Shown here piece after piece: positions 1 to 14,116 of a DNA stretch of 64,000 nt. A model generated the notes under the pieces. It saw only the letters and a list, made by a program, of their open reading frames with translations, was not told the origin of the DNA and ran no database searches. Source of the stretch: the human T2T-CHM13v2.0 reference genome, Homo sapiens. The DNA lies in assembly GCF_009914755.1 (NCBI RefSeq), contig NC_060935.1; one strand, 5' to 3'. A program made the translations under genes and the position numbers. Every line of letters starts with the position of its first letter. The first letter of the stretch is position 1.

Positions 1-33
1 GCAAGACCCTGTCTCAAAAAAAAAAAAAAAAAA
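1..33 (+). mobile_element. Alu 3' end and poly(A) (truncated by window)
   Basis: gcaagaccctgtctc followed by A-tail. Confidence 0.9.
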
Positions 34-40
34 CAAAACT

Positions 41-395
41 ATAAGAGGTTGAACTGGTTCATGGTTTGCAGGCTGTAAGGCTGTAGAGGAAGCATAGTGG
101 CATCTGCTTCTGGGAAGGCCTCTGGAATCTTACAATCATGGTAGAAGGCCAAGCGGGAACTTTCATGTCACATGGCCAAAGCAGGAGCAAGAGAGTAAGG
201 GGGAAGGTGCCACACACTTTTAAACCTCAGGAGAACTTACTCACTGTCATGAGAATAGTACCAAGTTGATGGTACTAAACCATTCATGAGAAATCCACTC
301 CCATGATCCAATCAGCTCCCACCAGGCCCCACCTCCAGTTGGGGATTACATTTCAACGTGCGATTTGGGTGAGGACACACATCCAAACTATATCA
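41..395 (+). mobile_element. MaLR LTR (MST/THE1-like)
   Basis: gaagcatagtggcatctgcttctgg ... cttacaatcatgg ... catccaaactatatca end. Confidence 0.85.
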
Positions 396-1100
396 AGGGC
401 ATTGCAATGGGAATACCTATATAACACCATAGTAAACTATGTGTGTATTCAGGGAGGTAAAGGAACACAAAGGTTTTTTAAAGGAAAAATGAGGATCATT
501 ACATAATTGTTTTGAGATAATTATCCTGGCTACAAGGATCAGTAACAAGGGTGACACTAATCCAAGGCTGGACAGGCAGTTGCTAGACAGATGCCTTCAA
601 AGGAGTAATTTTTGTGTAAGGTTGCAATGGCCTTTGTGCAAGGTTGCAATTTTTGCAGGTTTTTTTTTGATAGTTTTTGTTATCAGGCATTTATGCATGA
701 GTACTCTCTCTTCATAGCTTTCCCTGGCTCAATTTATCAGGCTTTTTTGTTTTGTTTTGTTTTGTTTTGTTTTGCTTTTTTTTAAACATAAGTGACTCCA
801 TTTTGATTCTGACAACTTTAACATTGACAACCATGAAAAGATTTCTCTCAGATCTCTGACTGCAGGGACTGTCATTGACTATTGGCCTCAGCTGGTATAT
901 TCTGAAATCTATTACTGTGTTTCCACCAAAACCATGCTTCCCATGGACTGCTCCTAGCCAATGATTGAGCATGGTGGGGATCCTAGGAAGGCCCATTCTT
1001 GGAATATGTGGGATTCCCCTGATGGCTCAAGGACTTCTTATCTGCCTTGCTGAACTTCCTTAGAACTGCACTGCACTCCAAGTCTCCTCCACTCATCTTT
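396..1100. mobile_element. Degenerate ERV LTR fragments (family not resolved), with (GTTTT)n at ~745-780
   Basis: LTR-like motifs (tgactccattttgattctgaca; gccaatgattgagc). Confidence 0.4.
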
Positions 1101-1244
1101 GCTTCCCTTTCTTTTTCACAAGGATTACACCAGCATCATCGTCTCTTGGCTCTTCCAGCCTCCCCAGAGTTCCTGCCTATCAGGCATCTGCTTCTCAGAG
1201 GACTGAGACACATTCCTGTTACTCCAAGAACAATTCTGTTACCA

Positions 1245-1385
1245 AGGACCAATGCTGTGGTCCGTGGACCAGCAGCACTGGCCTCATTAGAAATGCAGAA
1301 TGTCAAGCCCCACCCCAAACCTACTGAATCAGAATCTCATTTTAACAAGATGATTCATGTATGCATTACAATTTGAGATGCACTG
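1245..1385. mobile_element. MER5A-like hAT DNA transposon fragment
   Basis: gtggtccgtggaccagcagc ... cctactgaatcagaatct ... ttttaacaag. Confidence 0.75.
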
Positions 1386-1689
1386 ATTTAGATGATTTGG
1401 ATTTTTCAGCAAATCCTTTAAATCTCAGTTTGGAAACTGAGTCCTTGCCAAGGTAAATATTTGGAATCACAAAGTAACAGATCATCTGCGTCCTGCATTT
1501 TTATAAGTCAAAGCCCAGCAAAGTTAAGGGACTGGTTCAAGGTCATAGATTACATTAGAAGAAAGCCAGCACTAGAAGCCAGGTCTCTTGCCACCCAGCT
1601 CTTCCCTACCCCGGCAGGCTCTGCTGTGAGCAGGCTATTTGCTGTAAATATGCATTGTTTAGTGTGGTAGCAGTGGAAATAAGGCTAGT

Positions 1690-2400
1690 TGTGGTAGAGT
1701 ACAAAATATATTTGTTCTTTGTTCTGGGTTCCTGGCGCACAGTGTCTAAAACCCTAGAAATTCCCTAAGTGATAGTTTGTTATTCCTAACACACCCCACC
1801 CTTTAGGAGTATCTTTTGCTATTCATAACTGCCCTTCACAACACCTGAGTTTATGCTAACAAGGTGATTCAGGGTGGGGTCCCTAGCTAGGTTAAGGATG
1901 TGGGCTGGTCATCTGAAAGACCAAACAAGTGAATAGAGGGTGGGAACTTTCAGCCACCCCCAACCTCGGGGGAGGGAGGGTTACTGGAGACTGGGTTGTA
2001 AAAACTCTTGAATAATGAGATAAGGAGTGCCTCTGGGTTGGTGAACACATCAGATGCTGGGCGGGTGGTGTGTTGCCTCCCTCCATACCATGCATCTCTT
2101 CCCTTTGGCTGATCCTGAGGTGTATCCCTTAGAAATAAGCTGGTAAATGTAAGTAAAGTGTTTTCCTGAGTTATATGATTTGTTCTGGCAAATTACTGAA
2201 CCTGAGGAGGGGGGACTGTGGAAACCTTCATATTTATAGCTGGTTGGTTAGAAGTTCTGGTGGCCCTTGGAACTTGCAACTAGTGTTTGAAGTGGGGGCA
2301 GTCTTGAGGACAGACCTGAACTTGTGGAGTCTACGCTAAATCCGGGGAGTTAGTGTCAGACTTGAACTGAATTGTTGGATGTCCAGTTGATGTTGGAGAA
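1690..2400 (+). mobile_element. MER21-like LTR
   Basis: cctgagtttatgctaa, tgggaactttcagccacccc, ggtaaatgtaagtaaagtgttttcctgag motifs. Confidence 0.7.
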
Positions 2401-2464
2401 CTGGTATAGAAACATGACATGCATTTGTTTTATCAGAAATGGCCTCTGAAAAAAAAATTAGTCC

Positions 2465-2690
2465 AAACTCAGATGTGCTGTAAGTATAAAATACACACTA
2501 GATTTTGAGGATTTAGTATGAACAAGGAATATATTTCATTAATTTTTTTTGGTATTGTTTACTCATTAAAATATTTTTGATATATTGGAGTAAACATATG
2601 GTAAAAACAAATATATTAAAATTAATGTCTTTTTTTAACTTGAGGATATCTATGGGGCTTGCATTATATATGTTTGATGGTGCTGCTGTA
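2465..2690. mobile_element. MER33/MER3-like hAT fragment
   Basis: agatgtgctgtaagtataaaatacacac motif. Confidence 0.6.
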
Positions 2691-3130
2691 AACCCTATCT
2701 CTTCGTCAACACTGCTTTATTCACTGCTTAATTCATAGCTTTGGCTGGCATTGCTGAGGGCACTTCTCTGTTATCAGCTTGGGATCTTTCAGAAATTCTT
2801 TATGGGATGATAGGGCTACTTAGTAACTCTTACAAGAATCCCTGATTAAATACCTATAAATGTCAGTTTCCCTTGAGAAGCAAATGTGCCATGTTATTAG
2901 CAGTTTAAGCTCTAGCTCTGGAGTGGAGACAATAGAGTGAAGGGGTTTGGGAGGTGGGAATAAAGGATTTGGGTCAAAGGGGTTGGGAAGTGACTTATGC
3001 TATGTGCTCCTTTGAGTTTGCATCTTTCAAGAGCCCATTATTAGAAGGGTTTTGTCACTGGGACCACAGAAGGAAGGGCCCTGTTAAGGCTTCTGCAGGT
3101 TGCCAAGCCCTGGTCTTTCTCCCTTGGAAC

Positions 3131-4008
3131 TGTAAAGCAAAAAAGTATATGAGACAGGTCTCAATCAATTTAGAGATTTATTTTTCCAAGGTTAAGGATC
3201 ATGACCCAGGACACAGCCTCAGGAGGTCCTGAGAATACAAGCCCAAGGTAGTTGGGTTAAAGGCTCTTGTTTTTATATGTTTTAGGGAGACATAAGACAT
3301 CAACCGACACATGTGAAGTATACATTGATTTGGCCTGGAAAGGCAGAAGCTTACAGGTCACAGGTGGATTCAAAGATTTTCTGATCGGCAATTGGCTGAA
3401 AGAGTTATTATCTAAAAGGCTGAAATTAATTGAAAGGAGAGTCTGGGTTAAGATAAGGGGTTGTAGAGACCTAGGTTCTTATGTAGATGAAGTCTCATAG
3501 GTGGCTGCCCTTAGAGGCAACAGATAGCAAATATTTCCTATTCAGACCTTTAATAAAAGGTACTAGACTCTGAGCTAATCTCTTCAGGATCAGAAAAACA
3601 CCGGGGAAGGGAAAGGGATCCTCTACAGAATGTAAATCCCCTCCCCCCGCACAAGATACAGCTTTGCAGGGCCATTTCAAAATATGTAAAAGGAATGTAT
3701 TTTGGGATTAAAAAAGCTTTGATTTCCTTCAGGGCTTGCTATCTGTTGTGTGATGCTATACTAGAGTCAGGTTGGAATTTGGTATTTTATTGTGACAGTC
3801 TATTTTGTCAGTCTTAAGATCTGTTTTAATGTTAATGCTGGTCTGTTGTGTCTAAACTCCAAAAGGGAGAGGGTATAAAGAGGCATGTCTACCTCCTTGC
3901 CCGAGCATCATGGCTGGAACTCGTTTTTCAGGTTTCTCTGGAACCCCCTTGGCTGAGAGGGGGTCCATTCAGTCATCTGGGGGGCTTGGAATTTTATTTT
4001 TGTTTACA
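3131..4008 (-). mobile_element. Complete MER4-family (ERV1) solo LTR
   Basis: TGTAAA...TTTACA termini, perfect 4-bp TSD GAAC (3127-3130 / 4009-4012). Confidence 0.88.
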
Positions 4009-4455
4009 GAACCCAGTATTCTCCCCGTTCACAGTTAAGACCTGAGGAATGAAGGGCATCCAGATACTGACGCTGTGAACACAGCTTCTACTCAACCCCT
4101 AATCCCAGTTGTCTCCCTCCTGACTGAATCTCAGGGACACGGCAATGTGTAATGGTAGCTGTTGAGAGGCCTAGGACCAAGGAAAGGCTTGAGGGCCCTT
4201 GGCTAGATCAGCATGCTCTTGAGACTGAGGAGAACCGAAAGCTCAAGGGAATATGTCACTATCTATCTCACCTTGAGCCTCAGTGGCTATTTGGGATCCT
4301 CTTGCTTGGCTCAGAGGACTCTGGATGTCAAAGGACTTAAAGGCTCTGCCCTAGATGAAAACTTGCATTCTCTGTTGGCTACATGAGGTAAACTCATGGG
4401 CTTAACCAAGGAAGTACTGTCTAGAACTGAAATCACTGATCATTTGTACTGTTTA

Positions 4456-4736
<281 letters not shown>

Positions 4737-5046
4737 GTTCCCTGAAGCAGAAAAATCTGCTGCTCAAACAGACTTCAATGTCTCATGCCTAAAATTTTCA
4801 CAAATTACCATATACTCTGGGTGGTGGAATGGACCCAGAATAGGTAAGGGACTTAAGCAATTTCAAACAGCTTATTAGAGACAGTGGTAGGAGTGGCAGC
4901 ACATATGAGAATCTTGGCCTCAAGTCTCTTACCTAAACTCTGCAGAAGTGTGTCTGGAACCCAGAAGCTCATGCTAACATGTCCAGTATCCCTAGTTACT
5001 TCTTGAGCAAAGGGCAGTGATGACATTAGGAGAATGAAGGAACAAA

Positions 5047-6797
5047 GTGGGTCATGCTTTGTTTTATTCTTGAACCTTTAGTCCCATGTATGAATCCTGA
5101 GTGTTACCCTCCTGAATGCTGTGCACTACAGAATGAACTTTAGTTCACAGTAAATGAGGGATGCTTTTTCTTAAGAAATAAATTTAATTCAAGGTGGTTA
5201 GTGAATGTGAGGCAATGTAATGCCTTCACGAAAGTTAAAGTAATCCAGTTACAAAAGAAGCACTGTGTATAGTCTCAAATAGTTGAAGGTACAATGGGCT
5301 CCATATTTTACAAAGTACAAAAAATTATTTCATATACAAAGAAAAATACAAATAATGTGCAAAAACCATTTTCACAGGTGGCAATTTATAAAATGGAAAT
5401 GATAGAAAAGTCCTTCATTCTTAATTATCCCCAAATTTCTTATATATTAACACAGTTCTATTTCCTAGTGTGTGGACAATTTTAAATTTGAAATTCTGAT
5501 TTATTTTTAATCTACAAAGTATTTTTATTTTTTAAAAGGGAACCATTTCATTATTGAAATCTTATGAATGCATCAGTTAATTTATATTAAATTATAAGCA
5601 GGCTATCTGAAAAACAAGGATATAGAAATCATATATACACATTTTTGAAATATTAGTTTAGTATTTAACATATTAACATTTCAAAACAAATGCAATGATC
5701 TAGCTACCTATGACGCCAGCTGGTGTCAGTGGTTGTAGCGAAGATGCTGTTTCTGTTTACCATGAGCAAACAGCATTTCTTGGGTCTTAAGCTAAACAAT
5801 CACAAGTTATCAAAGTAAAGAAAATCTAAAGACAGTTCTTACTTTTCATGTGTAGAAGTGTAGTTTGGGTATCCAGTCATGCCACAGTGTGACTGTGGTC
5901 AACACAGCCCTTGTCACAGGTGCGTATGGTCCTAAATAGCTGGCCTCTGTCTTTCCAACATCTTCACTTCATTGGGAATTCAGTGCAAGTGTTTGTTTTG
6001 TGAGTTAGTGCATTCAGCTTTTTTTGCATGTTATTTTGAAAAAGAAGCTGTCAGGAAGCAGAAGATACATAAGAACACAAGGCCCTGGATCCTCAGAGCA
6101 CCTCTGGTCTAGAGAATTCAGTGTTTTGGAAGTAGTGTTTTCCTGCATTGGGCTGGTCATTGTTGTACCATTCCCTGGATAATCTTTTTCCATCAGAATA
6201 ATGCTGTGTGCTCCCTCTTTGCCTGCTACTGAACAATGACGTCTCTTGTTGTGAACCCCACTGGCAGAGCACGGACCATGGAAACATCTTTTGGCAGCAC
6301 CAGAGAACTGAGCATCTCAAAGGTCAGGCATTACAAGTAGATGTCTCTCATAGGAAACCTAGTCCAGGTAGAATATGAGACAATCTTGGAGGGTTTTGAT
6401 TTTTGCTTGTTAAACAGGTCTCCGAGGAAATTATGACCTCAGAGAACAAAAAAGGATCTATAGCTTTCATGAAGAAGGACCCAAGTAGGTGGTAGCCATT
6501 TTGCCTGGGTGAGGTTCACAGTTGGCTCAGGAGACATCTTCTGATCATTAACCACTAAGACCCTGTTAGAAAAATTTAGTGCAAGATACAGGGAGTGCAT
6601 GGGGCTGTTGACCAGACCTGTGTGAAACACCTATTCAGGTTAAGTAGATATAGCAACCCCTGCAAGAGGGGACTGGGCAGGAGAACCTCAGGCCCTGGGA
6701 TAACTTGTTGTCAGCTCCTCAAGGATCCATGCTTCTTTTTCTATCTATCTGGCAGCATGAGTTCTTCTGTTTCTTCTGCGTGGGTTGACCATGGGCA
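5047..6797 (-). other. SBF2: SBF2 3'UTR (~1.75 kb, repeat-free, AU-rich distal half)
   Basis: Follows the stop codon; no interspersed repeat until the poly(A) signal; end position approximate. Confidence 0.8.
5063..5068 (-). terminator. Polyadenylation signal AATAAA of SBF2
   Basis: Plus-strand tttatt; minus-strand downstream T/GT-rich element (ctttgttccttcattct). Confidence 0.75.
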
Positions 6798-6896
<99 letters not shown>

Positions 6897-7880
6897 CTAC
6901 AAAACCAAATGACAGTGAACCAGAGATGAAGGGCAGGGCTGTTTTATGGATTTGGGTAAGTGGTAAATCAGTTCCTGTGACCTTTCTTTTCCATACTGCC
7001 CCAGAACGTCTGTATGAATTTTTCTTCCTCAACTACCATACTGTTATTGCCTTTACTTTTCTGGTCTCTAGAGTCATAGGGGATGTTGATAGAAGGGTAC
7101 TGGCAGGAAAGGGAGACACACTGGGAGCGCCTTATTTTGCATTTTCTTAGTGTCGTCTTTGACTAAGGAGGAAGGGTCAGCAATGAATGGTGCCTTTAAC
7201 CTTTCCCATGCACTGCACCAATGCACTGAAGGTGAGGGAGCTCCTTGTGCTCCAGGGGGATGCCTGAGATTCATCCATACCATAAAGTTGGCCTTCGTGT
7301 CCCCTTTCTTTAGTTGGAGCCATATTGGAAGCCCACTGTCAGGAAAACGGTCTCATGGCCTGAGCAGGGCCATAGAGGATGACCTATCCTCTTTATAAAG
7401 CCCTGCTTGACTCCAGGGACTACATAAGTCTCCTTCTATTATGTGGCCTATAAAGTGCCCCATGGCCTACCTAAGGGCTGCTGAAGATGTTAGCGTAGAC
7501 ACTTATCATGTGTGACTAAGGACAGTCTTTTGTGGGTAGTCAAGCACGAAGACCACTGAATACTAGGGAAATAGCATCTGTTCTTGAAAGTAGGTGGTGA
7601 CTGAAATAACTAACAACATTTAACAAGGAGTTCATCTGTTTCCATGTGCGCTGGACTCCTTTTGCACAAAGCAATATGTAGCTTTTCTGAGACATACAGA
7701 CAGGAAGAGAGGATAGCCTTGGGGGTCAATAATGCTGAGTTCAAGCTCTGGAACAATTCCCATAGCCAAGGGGGTCTGTCATCCCTCTGTAGTCACCACC
7801 AATTACTCTGAGGGCTCCATCATTCTTGGAGACAGACAGAATGATGTGCAGACAGAGCCAGGAAAAGAGAAGTAAGATCA

Positions 7881-8078
<198 letters not shown>

Positions 8079-8280
8079 TCAAACTGCATTTGAATACCTT
8101 CCTCTGTACCTTGGTTATATATGCTGAACTATGCCTCGAAGAATACACAAAAAATTAATTAATAATACTTGTTGCTTCTAGGAAGAACTAGGTGGCTTGG
8201 AGAAAGCATTGGGGGAAAGACTTATGTACTGTTTGAAAATCAAACAAATAAATGTATTACATCTTAAAAAATAGAATCAA

Positions 8281-8577
8281 GGCTGGGCATGGTGGTTTAT
8301 GCCTGTAATCCCAGTCCTTTTTGGGAGGTGAAGGTGGACGGATCACTTAAGCCCAGGAGTTCGAGACCAGCCTGGGCAACATGGTGAAACCCCGTCTCTA
8401 CAAAAACATACAAAAATCAGCCAATCGTGGTGGTGCATGCCCGTAGTTGCAGCTACCCAGGAGGCTGAGGTGGGAGGATTGCTTGAGCCTGTGAGGTCGA
8501 GCTGCAGTGAGCTGAGATCCTGCCACTGCACTCCAGCCTGAGTAAGACCCTGTCTCAAAAAATAAAAAAAAAAAAAG
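8281..8577 (+). mobile_element. Alu (J-like)
   Basis: Full dimer and A-tail. Confidence 0.93.
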
Positions 8578-8589
8578 AAGTCAAGTAAC

Positions 8590-8960
8590 AACTGTAAAAA
8601 GTATATGTAACATATAAAAAGAGGGCTAATGTTTAGTAATATACAGAATTCCCAGAAATTGATAAGAAAAAGATAAAGTAGAAAAATGCTCAAAATATCT
8701 CAACAGGCGAGTCACAGAGAAATACAAATGATCTATAAACATCTGAAAAGATGATCAACCTCATTAATCAAAGAAAAATAAATGACAATAAATGAGATTT
8801 CACTTTTGGATTGAGAAATATTAAAAATGGCTGATGATATCCAATAAGGTACTAGATCATCTCAAATACTGCCAGTGTGAATATAATTTGTTAGAAATTT
8901 TTTGGAGAACAATTTGGCAATATCAACTAAAATTTAGAATGTTTATGCCTATTGAAACAT
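8590..8960 (+). mobile_element. Old L1 (L1M) fragment
   Basis: A-rich; aaaagatgatcaacctcatta, ttggagaacaatttggcaata resemble the L1 ORF2 3' end. Confidence 0.6.
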
Positions 8961-8967
8961 CTTTCCA

Positions 8968-9285
8968 GGCCGGGCACGGTTGCTCATGCCTGTAATCCTA
9001 ACACTTTGGGAGGCTGAGGCGGGTGGATCACTTGAGGTCAGGAGTTTGAGACCAGCCTGACCAATATGGTGAAACCCTGTCTCTACTAAAAATACAAAAA
9101 TTAGCTGGGCATGGTGGCAGGCGCCTGTAATCCCAGCTACTCGGGAGGCTGAGCCAGAGAATGGCGAGAACCCAGGAGGTGGAGCTTGCAGTGAGCCGAG
9201 ATTGCACCACTGCACTCCAGCCTGGGTGACAAAGCGAGACTCTGTCTCAAAAGAAAAAAAAAAAAAAAGAAAAAAGGAAAAAAGT
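8968..9285 (+). mobile_element. Alu (S-like)
   Basis: Full dimer and A-tail. Confidence 0.95.
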
Positions 9286-10729
9286 CAAAGAGACTGCTAG
9301 GGAATAAGCCTTATTGGGCCATAATCTGTGGATTTCACTCTCTAGTATACATGGCAAGAAAGTGGTGCTTCTGATACTGTGGCTCTGACCTGAGACTTTT
9401 CTCTGTCTCTCCTCTCAGGCATGGTATGAGCAGGGCTAAGTGGAAAAAACTGTATCTATCTTTCATGTTAAAGAAGTCCAGAAGACTGGTAAGAATGCAA
9501 GTGTAATTTGATGTAAATTATAGAAAAATTATGACATTCTCCTATGTTATATTTAGAAGCTTAATGGAACTTTTTTACACAGTGTAGGCTCTATGATTTC
9601 AGAGTATAGCTCCCTAACAGGGCTTCCATTTGTATATTTGAACATAAATTATCTATCTATATTGTCCCACAAAGACTCTGTAATCGTTATGAAACTCCTT
9701 GAGCAGAGGAAAAGCTGGACTCCAAATACAGTCTTCATTTGGAAGGAGTCTTTTAGATGCAGGTCCAACCAAAGCACTGTACAGGAGTAACAGTTCAGGT
9801 TTTTCCTAACAGATTCCATTTTATAGATAAATGCATTGAGAATCAAAATGTGTAAGCCTCAGCCTCAAGGCTGAGTGGTCAGTCCCAAGGTGGAGTTAAG
9901 GCCTGCAGTCAGAACACAGGAGACCATGCAGCTCTCAGTAATGCAGGGTGCAGAGTTGCTGGAGGTTTGGGTAGGAACTGCTCTCCCTTGAAATCACTGG
10001 AGTAAAGACTATGATGCTAAGGATTGCAGAGGCTGCTACAGGAATAGCTAAGAACCTAACAGTAGTCAAAAGATTTCTTGACATAGTCAGCAAGGACCAG
10101 TCTAGTACTTGCCCACGGTGAATTCCAAGTTTGGGTGGGCACATCCCCTTCTGCCGCTTTTGGGGCCCCTTTACTCCCCTGTTGCTGCCATCTTTGAAGG
10201 GTAACAGTGCCTCCTTTAGTAACCAGTACAGCAGTGGGCACAGAGGTGGTGTTCGATAAATGTTTGTAGAATAAATTAATGCCCTCTGTTTTGAATGGAT
10301 GCTTTCTGCTGCGAGGACGAAGGTAACTTGTATTCTGGGGAGTGTTCACAGGCACAGGCTTATATGTGCATGTGGTATGTATGCAACTGGCTGAAAACCT
10401 CAGGAATCCCCTCACCTGGGTGTTAAGATCAGGCAGCAAGAGATATTTGAGCATTAAAAAAAGAGTTCTATTGCTCTATGCTCTGGGCTCAATTGTTGCT
10501 GCCTCTGCCTGCATGTACCAGGCCGAGCTACTTGGGAAACTCCCTCAGAAGGCTATTGCCCTTACTCAGGGACATCTGGGGCCCTTGAGGAGCCTCCAGA
10601 CTACATATGAGAGGCACTAAAAAAGCAGTCTGTACATGAGGAATCTATCTGTCTGCTAGAGCCACATAATAGCCAGGGACTGGGACTAGCCTAGACAGAA
10701 GTAATTTCTTTTGGCTTTAAGAGTATTAC

Positions 10730-10817
10730 CTGATGTTTTGTTACATCCAAAACAAACCAACGGGGCTTCCAACCTTTCAGCAAAGCCCCTCTTTTATAAA
10801 GTGTTCCCTCAAAGGAC
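10730..10817 (-). CDS. SBF2: SBF2 exon ~38 (88 nt), start of PH domain: [29 protein letters not shown]
   Basis: Acceptor ttcttctag, donor CAG|gtaata; PH signature EG.L.K.G...K.WK.RWFVL. Confidence 0.96.
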
Positions 10818-11502
10818 CTAGAAGAAATGATGACAGGAGAGTTAATTTTGATTTACACTTACAAAATGCTGTAAAGGGGAGGGGATATCTGTTGTTTTTG
10901 TCAAGTCTCTATTTCCCCTAGATGATTCAAAAATGGCCTATAAGAGTTCTCCCTGGATTTTTTCTGCTAGACCTCTGGGGAAAGACTGCTGCTTTCTGCT
11001 GGGATTACCACATCTGTGAGGCTTGGAATGATCAGTAGCCATCCTTTGTGCCATGTTGGGACTGACATAACACAGAGAGAGGGCAAAGCAGAGCCAGGAA
11101 GTGGATAGAAGATACTGTGTGAGAAGCTAGCATACCCTTGGCTGTCCTAGCTTATGTGAGTAAATTCCTTTTTGCTTCAGCTAGCATAAGCTGGATTTCT
11201 GATGTGTGCCACTGACAAAGTGCTGGCTGACACATGTTCCCTCAAACGTTCTGGCAGACAGGAGATAAGAGCCATCAGGACTCAACTACAAATAACTACA
11301 ACCTCTTCGAATTATTTTTAGTTGTAATTTTTGTTTTTTGTCTTTTCAAAGAAACATCTAAAACATTACAAAAATTAAAGCAAATCCATTTCAAGTTTAT
11401 AAAAGGCTGTACTGCACAGGCCTAGCTTATTGAGGGACCTGTGGTTTAGCCTCAGGTGCTGTGGGGAAGTCTTCAGCACAGCGAGCAGGGTTCAGCATGT
11501 CA

Positions 11503-11718
<216 letters not shown>

Positions 11719-11958
11719 CTAGGAAACCTTTACAGACACTTAAACTACTGACTGGAAAATTTCATTTACAAATATTTATCTCAAGGAAAAAACTGGACTA
11801 ATAAGCAACAATAATGTACAAAGGTATCAATCTCAGAGTTAGTTATCGTGGTAAAAAACTGGAAACAACCTACACGTCCATTATTAGGGACATTAAACAA
11901 ATTATGGCATTTCCATACAGTGGAATTCTAGACAGCCATTAAAAAATGATGCTGCTAT

Positions 11959-12557
<599 letters not shown>

Positions 12558-13281
12558 TGACAGTTGGAAGGACACGTATGCCAACGTGGAGTGAAAAAGC
12601 AGGTTTAAAATAGTATGTCTAGAAAATCTCTTTTATATGTGAATTTATAAGGGTAAAACAAGTTTGATAGCATAGTGGTTTACTTCTAGGTTATAAATTA
12701 TGGGTGATTCTCATCTTTTATAACTTTCTGTGTGTTCTTTCAAAAAAATGAACATTATTACTTTCATTATTAGAAAAAATCAATAAACTATTATTTTTCT
12801 AACAAAAAAGCATTAAGGCATCACCCACCTGTTGTCTGTCTGATAACAGCTCCTGAATTGCTATTTGAGGGTAAGAGATAGAGCCCCAGATGTTCTTTTT
12901 TTACCACAAAGGTTTTCTTCTACCCTCCATTCTTCTTGACCTTTCTGTAACATCTGACCTGCTGGCCTCTTCTTCCTGAACTGTTCTTCAGAACACTCAT
13001 CTGTCCTAATTTCCCTTCTGTTGCATTTGGAGCCAGTCTGATGTGGGTTCGATTGGTGGCTCTACCAGTTGCCACTGTATGCTCTCTGTGCCTGTTCCTT
13101 GTGTAGGAGAGGGAACGCCATTCCCTCACAGTGGATTAAATAGGATACGAAGGTGTGTACTGTACTAAGCACAGACCCTTCCACATATTATGTGCTTGAT
13201 AAATGTTTCTTAAATCAGAAATAGGAAATGGGGTATGAGAAGCAGAAAACAGAGTATTTGGTTTTAAAATATATATATACA

Positions 13282-13571
13282 TTTTTTTGAGACGGAGTCT
13301 TGTTCTGTCACGAGGCTGGAGTGTGGTGGCACGATCTCGGCTCACTCACTGCAACCTCCGCCTCCTGAGTTCAAGAGATTCTCCTGCCTCAGCCTCCTGA
13401 GTAGCTGGGATTACAGGCATGCGCCACCACACCCAGCTAATTTTTGTATTTTTAGTAGAGACGGGGTTTCACCATGTTGGCCAGGATGGTCTCGATCTCT
13501 TGACCTCGTGATCCGCCCACCTCGGCCTCCCAAAGTGCTGGGATTATAGGCGTGAGCCACCGCACCCGGCC
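13282..13571 (-). mobile_element. Alu (Sc-like)
   Basis: Reverse Alu; TSD ttaaaatat. Confidence 0.94.
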
Positions 13572-14011
13572 GTTAAAATATTTTTATGATAAATGTTTCT
13601 TAAGTCAGAAACAGAAAAGGGACTGTGAACAACACAGGGTAGCATATTTTGTTGTTTTAAAATACTTTCTGTGGAGCAAACGTGGTCTTGGCATTCCCCT
13701 CCTGCCTTATGTGGTAGAAGATCAGCTGAAACCACACGGGCACTGAGATAGAAAAGAACCCAATACTTTTCCTTGGATTCGGGGTGCTGAGACATAAGTA
13801 TTATGTCACTGTGGTGAAGTGAGACACTCAGGAAGTATTCAGTCATTTGGAACTTTCTGCCCTGGACCTCCAGGACATGACCCCTCCCCTTTCCACCCTT
13901 CCTTCTGGCCATAAACCCAGCTGGGTCTTGTCACCTGTGGCAGCAGGCTCCACCTGACTTAGCACCCTCAGAAAGCTCAGAAGTGGCTCTCAAGGGGCAT
14001 TGCCAACTCAC

Positions 14012-14116
14012 GCGATCTGTTCTTGGTTCTTCTTTAAGGTCCACGGTTACCCTTTCCCACAGCTGCTGCCACTTCTCAGGGGCTTGGTTCAATTTGTGCT
14101 CCAATTTTTCAATTTC
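14012..14116 (-). CDS. SBF2: SBF2 exon ~36 (105 nt), coiled coil: EIEKLEHKLNQAPEKWQQLWERVTVDLKEEPRTDR
   Basis: Acceptor tctttgcag, donor CGC|gtgagt; phase 0-0. Confidence 0.94.
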
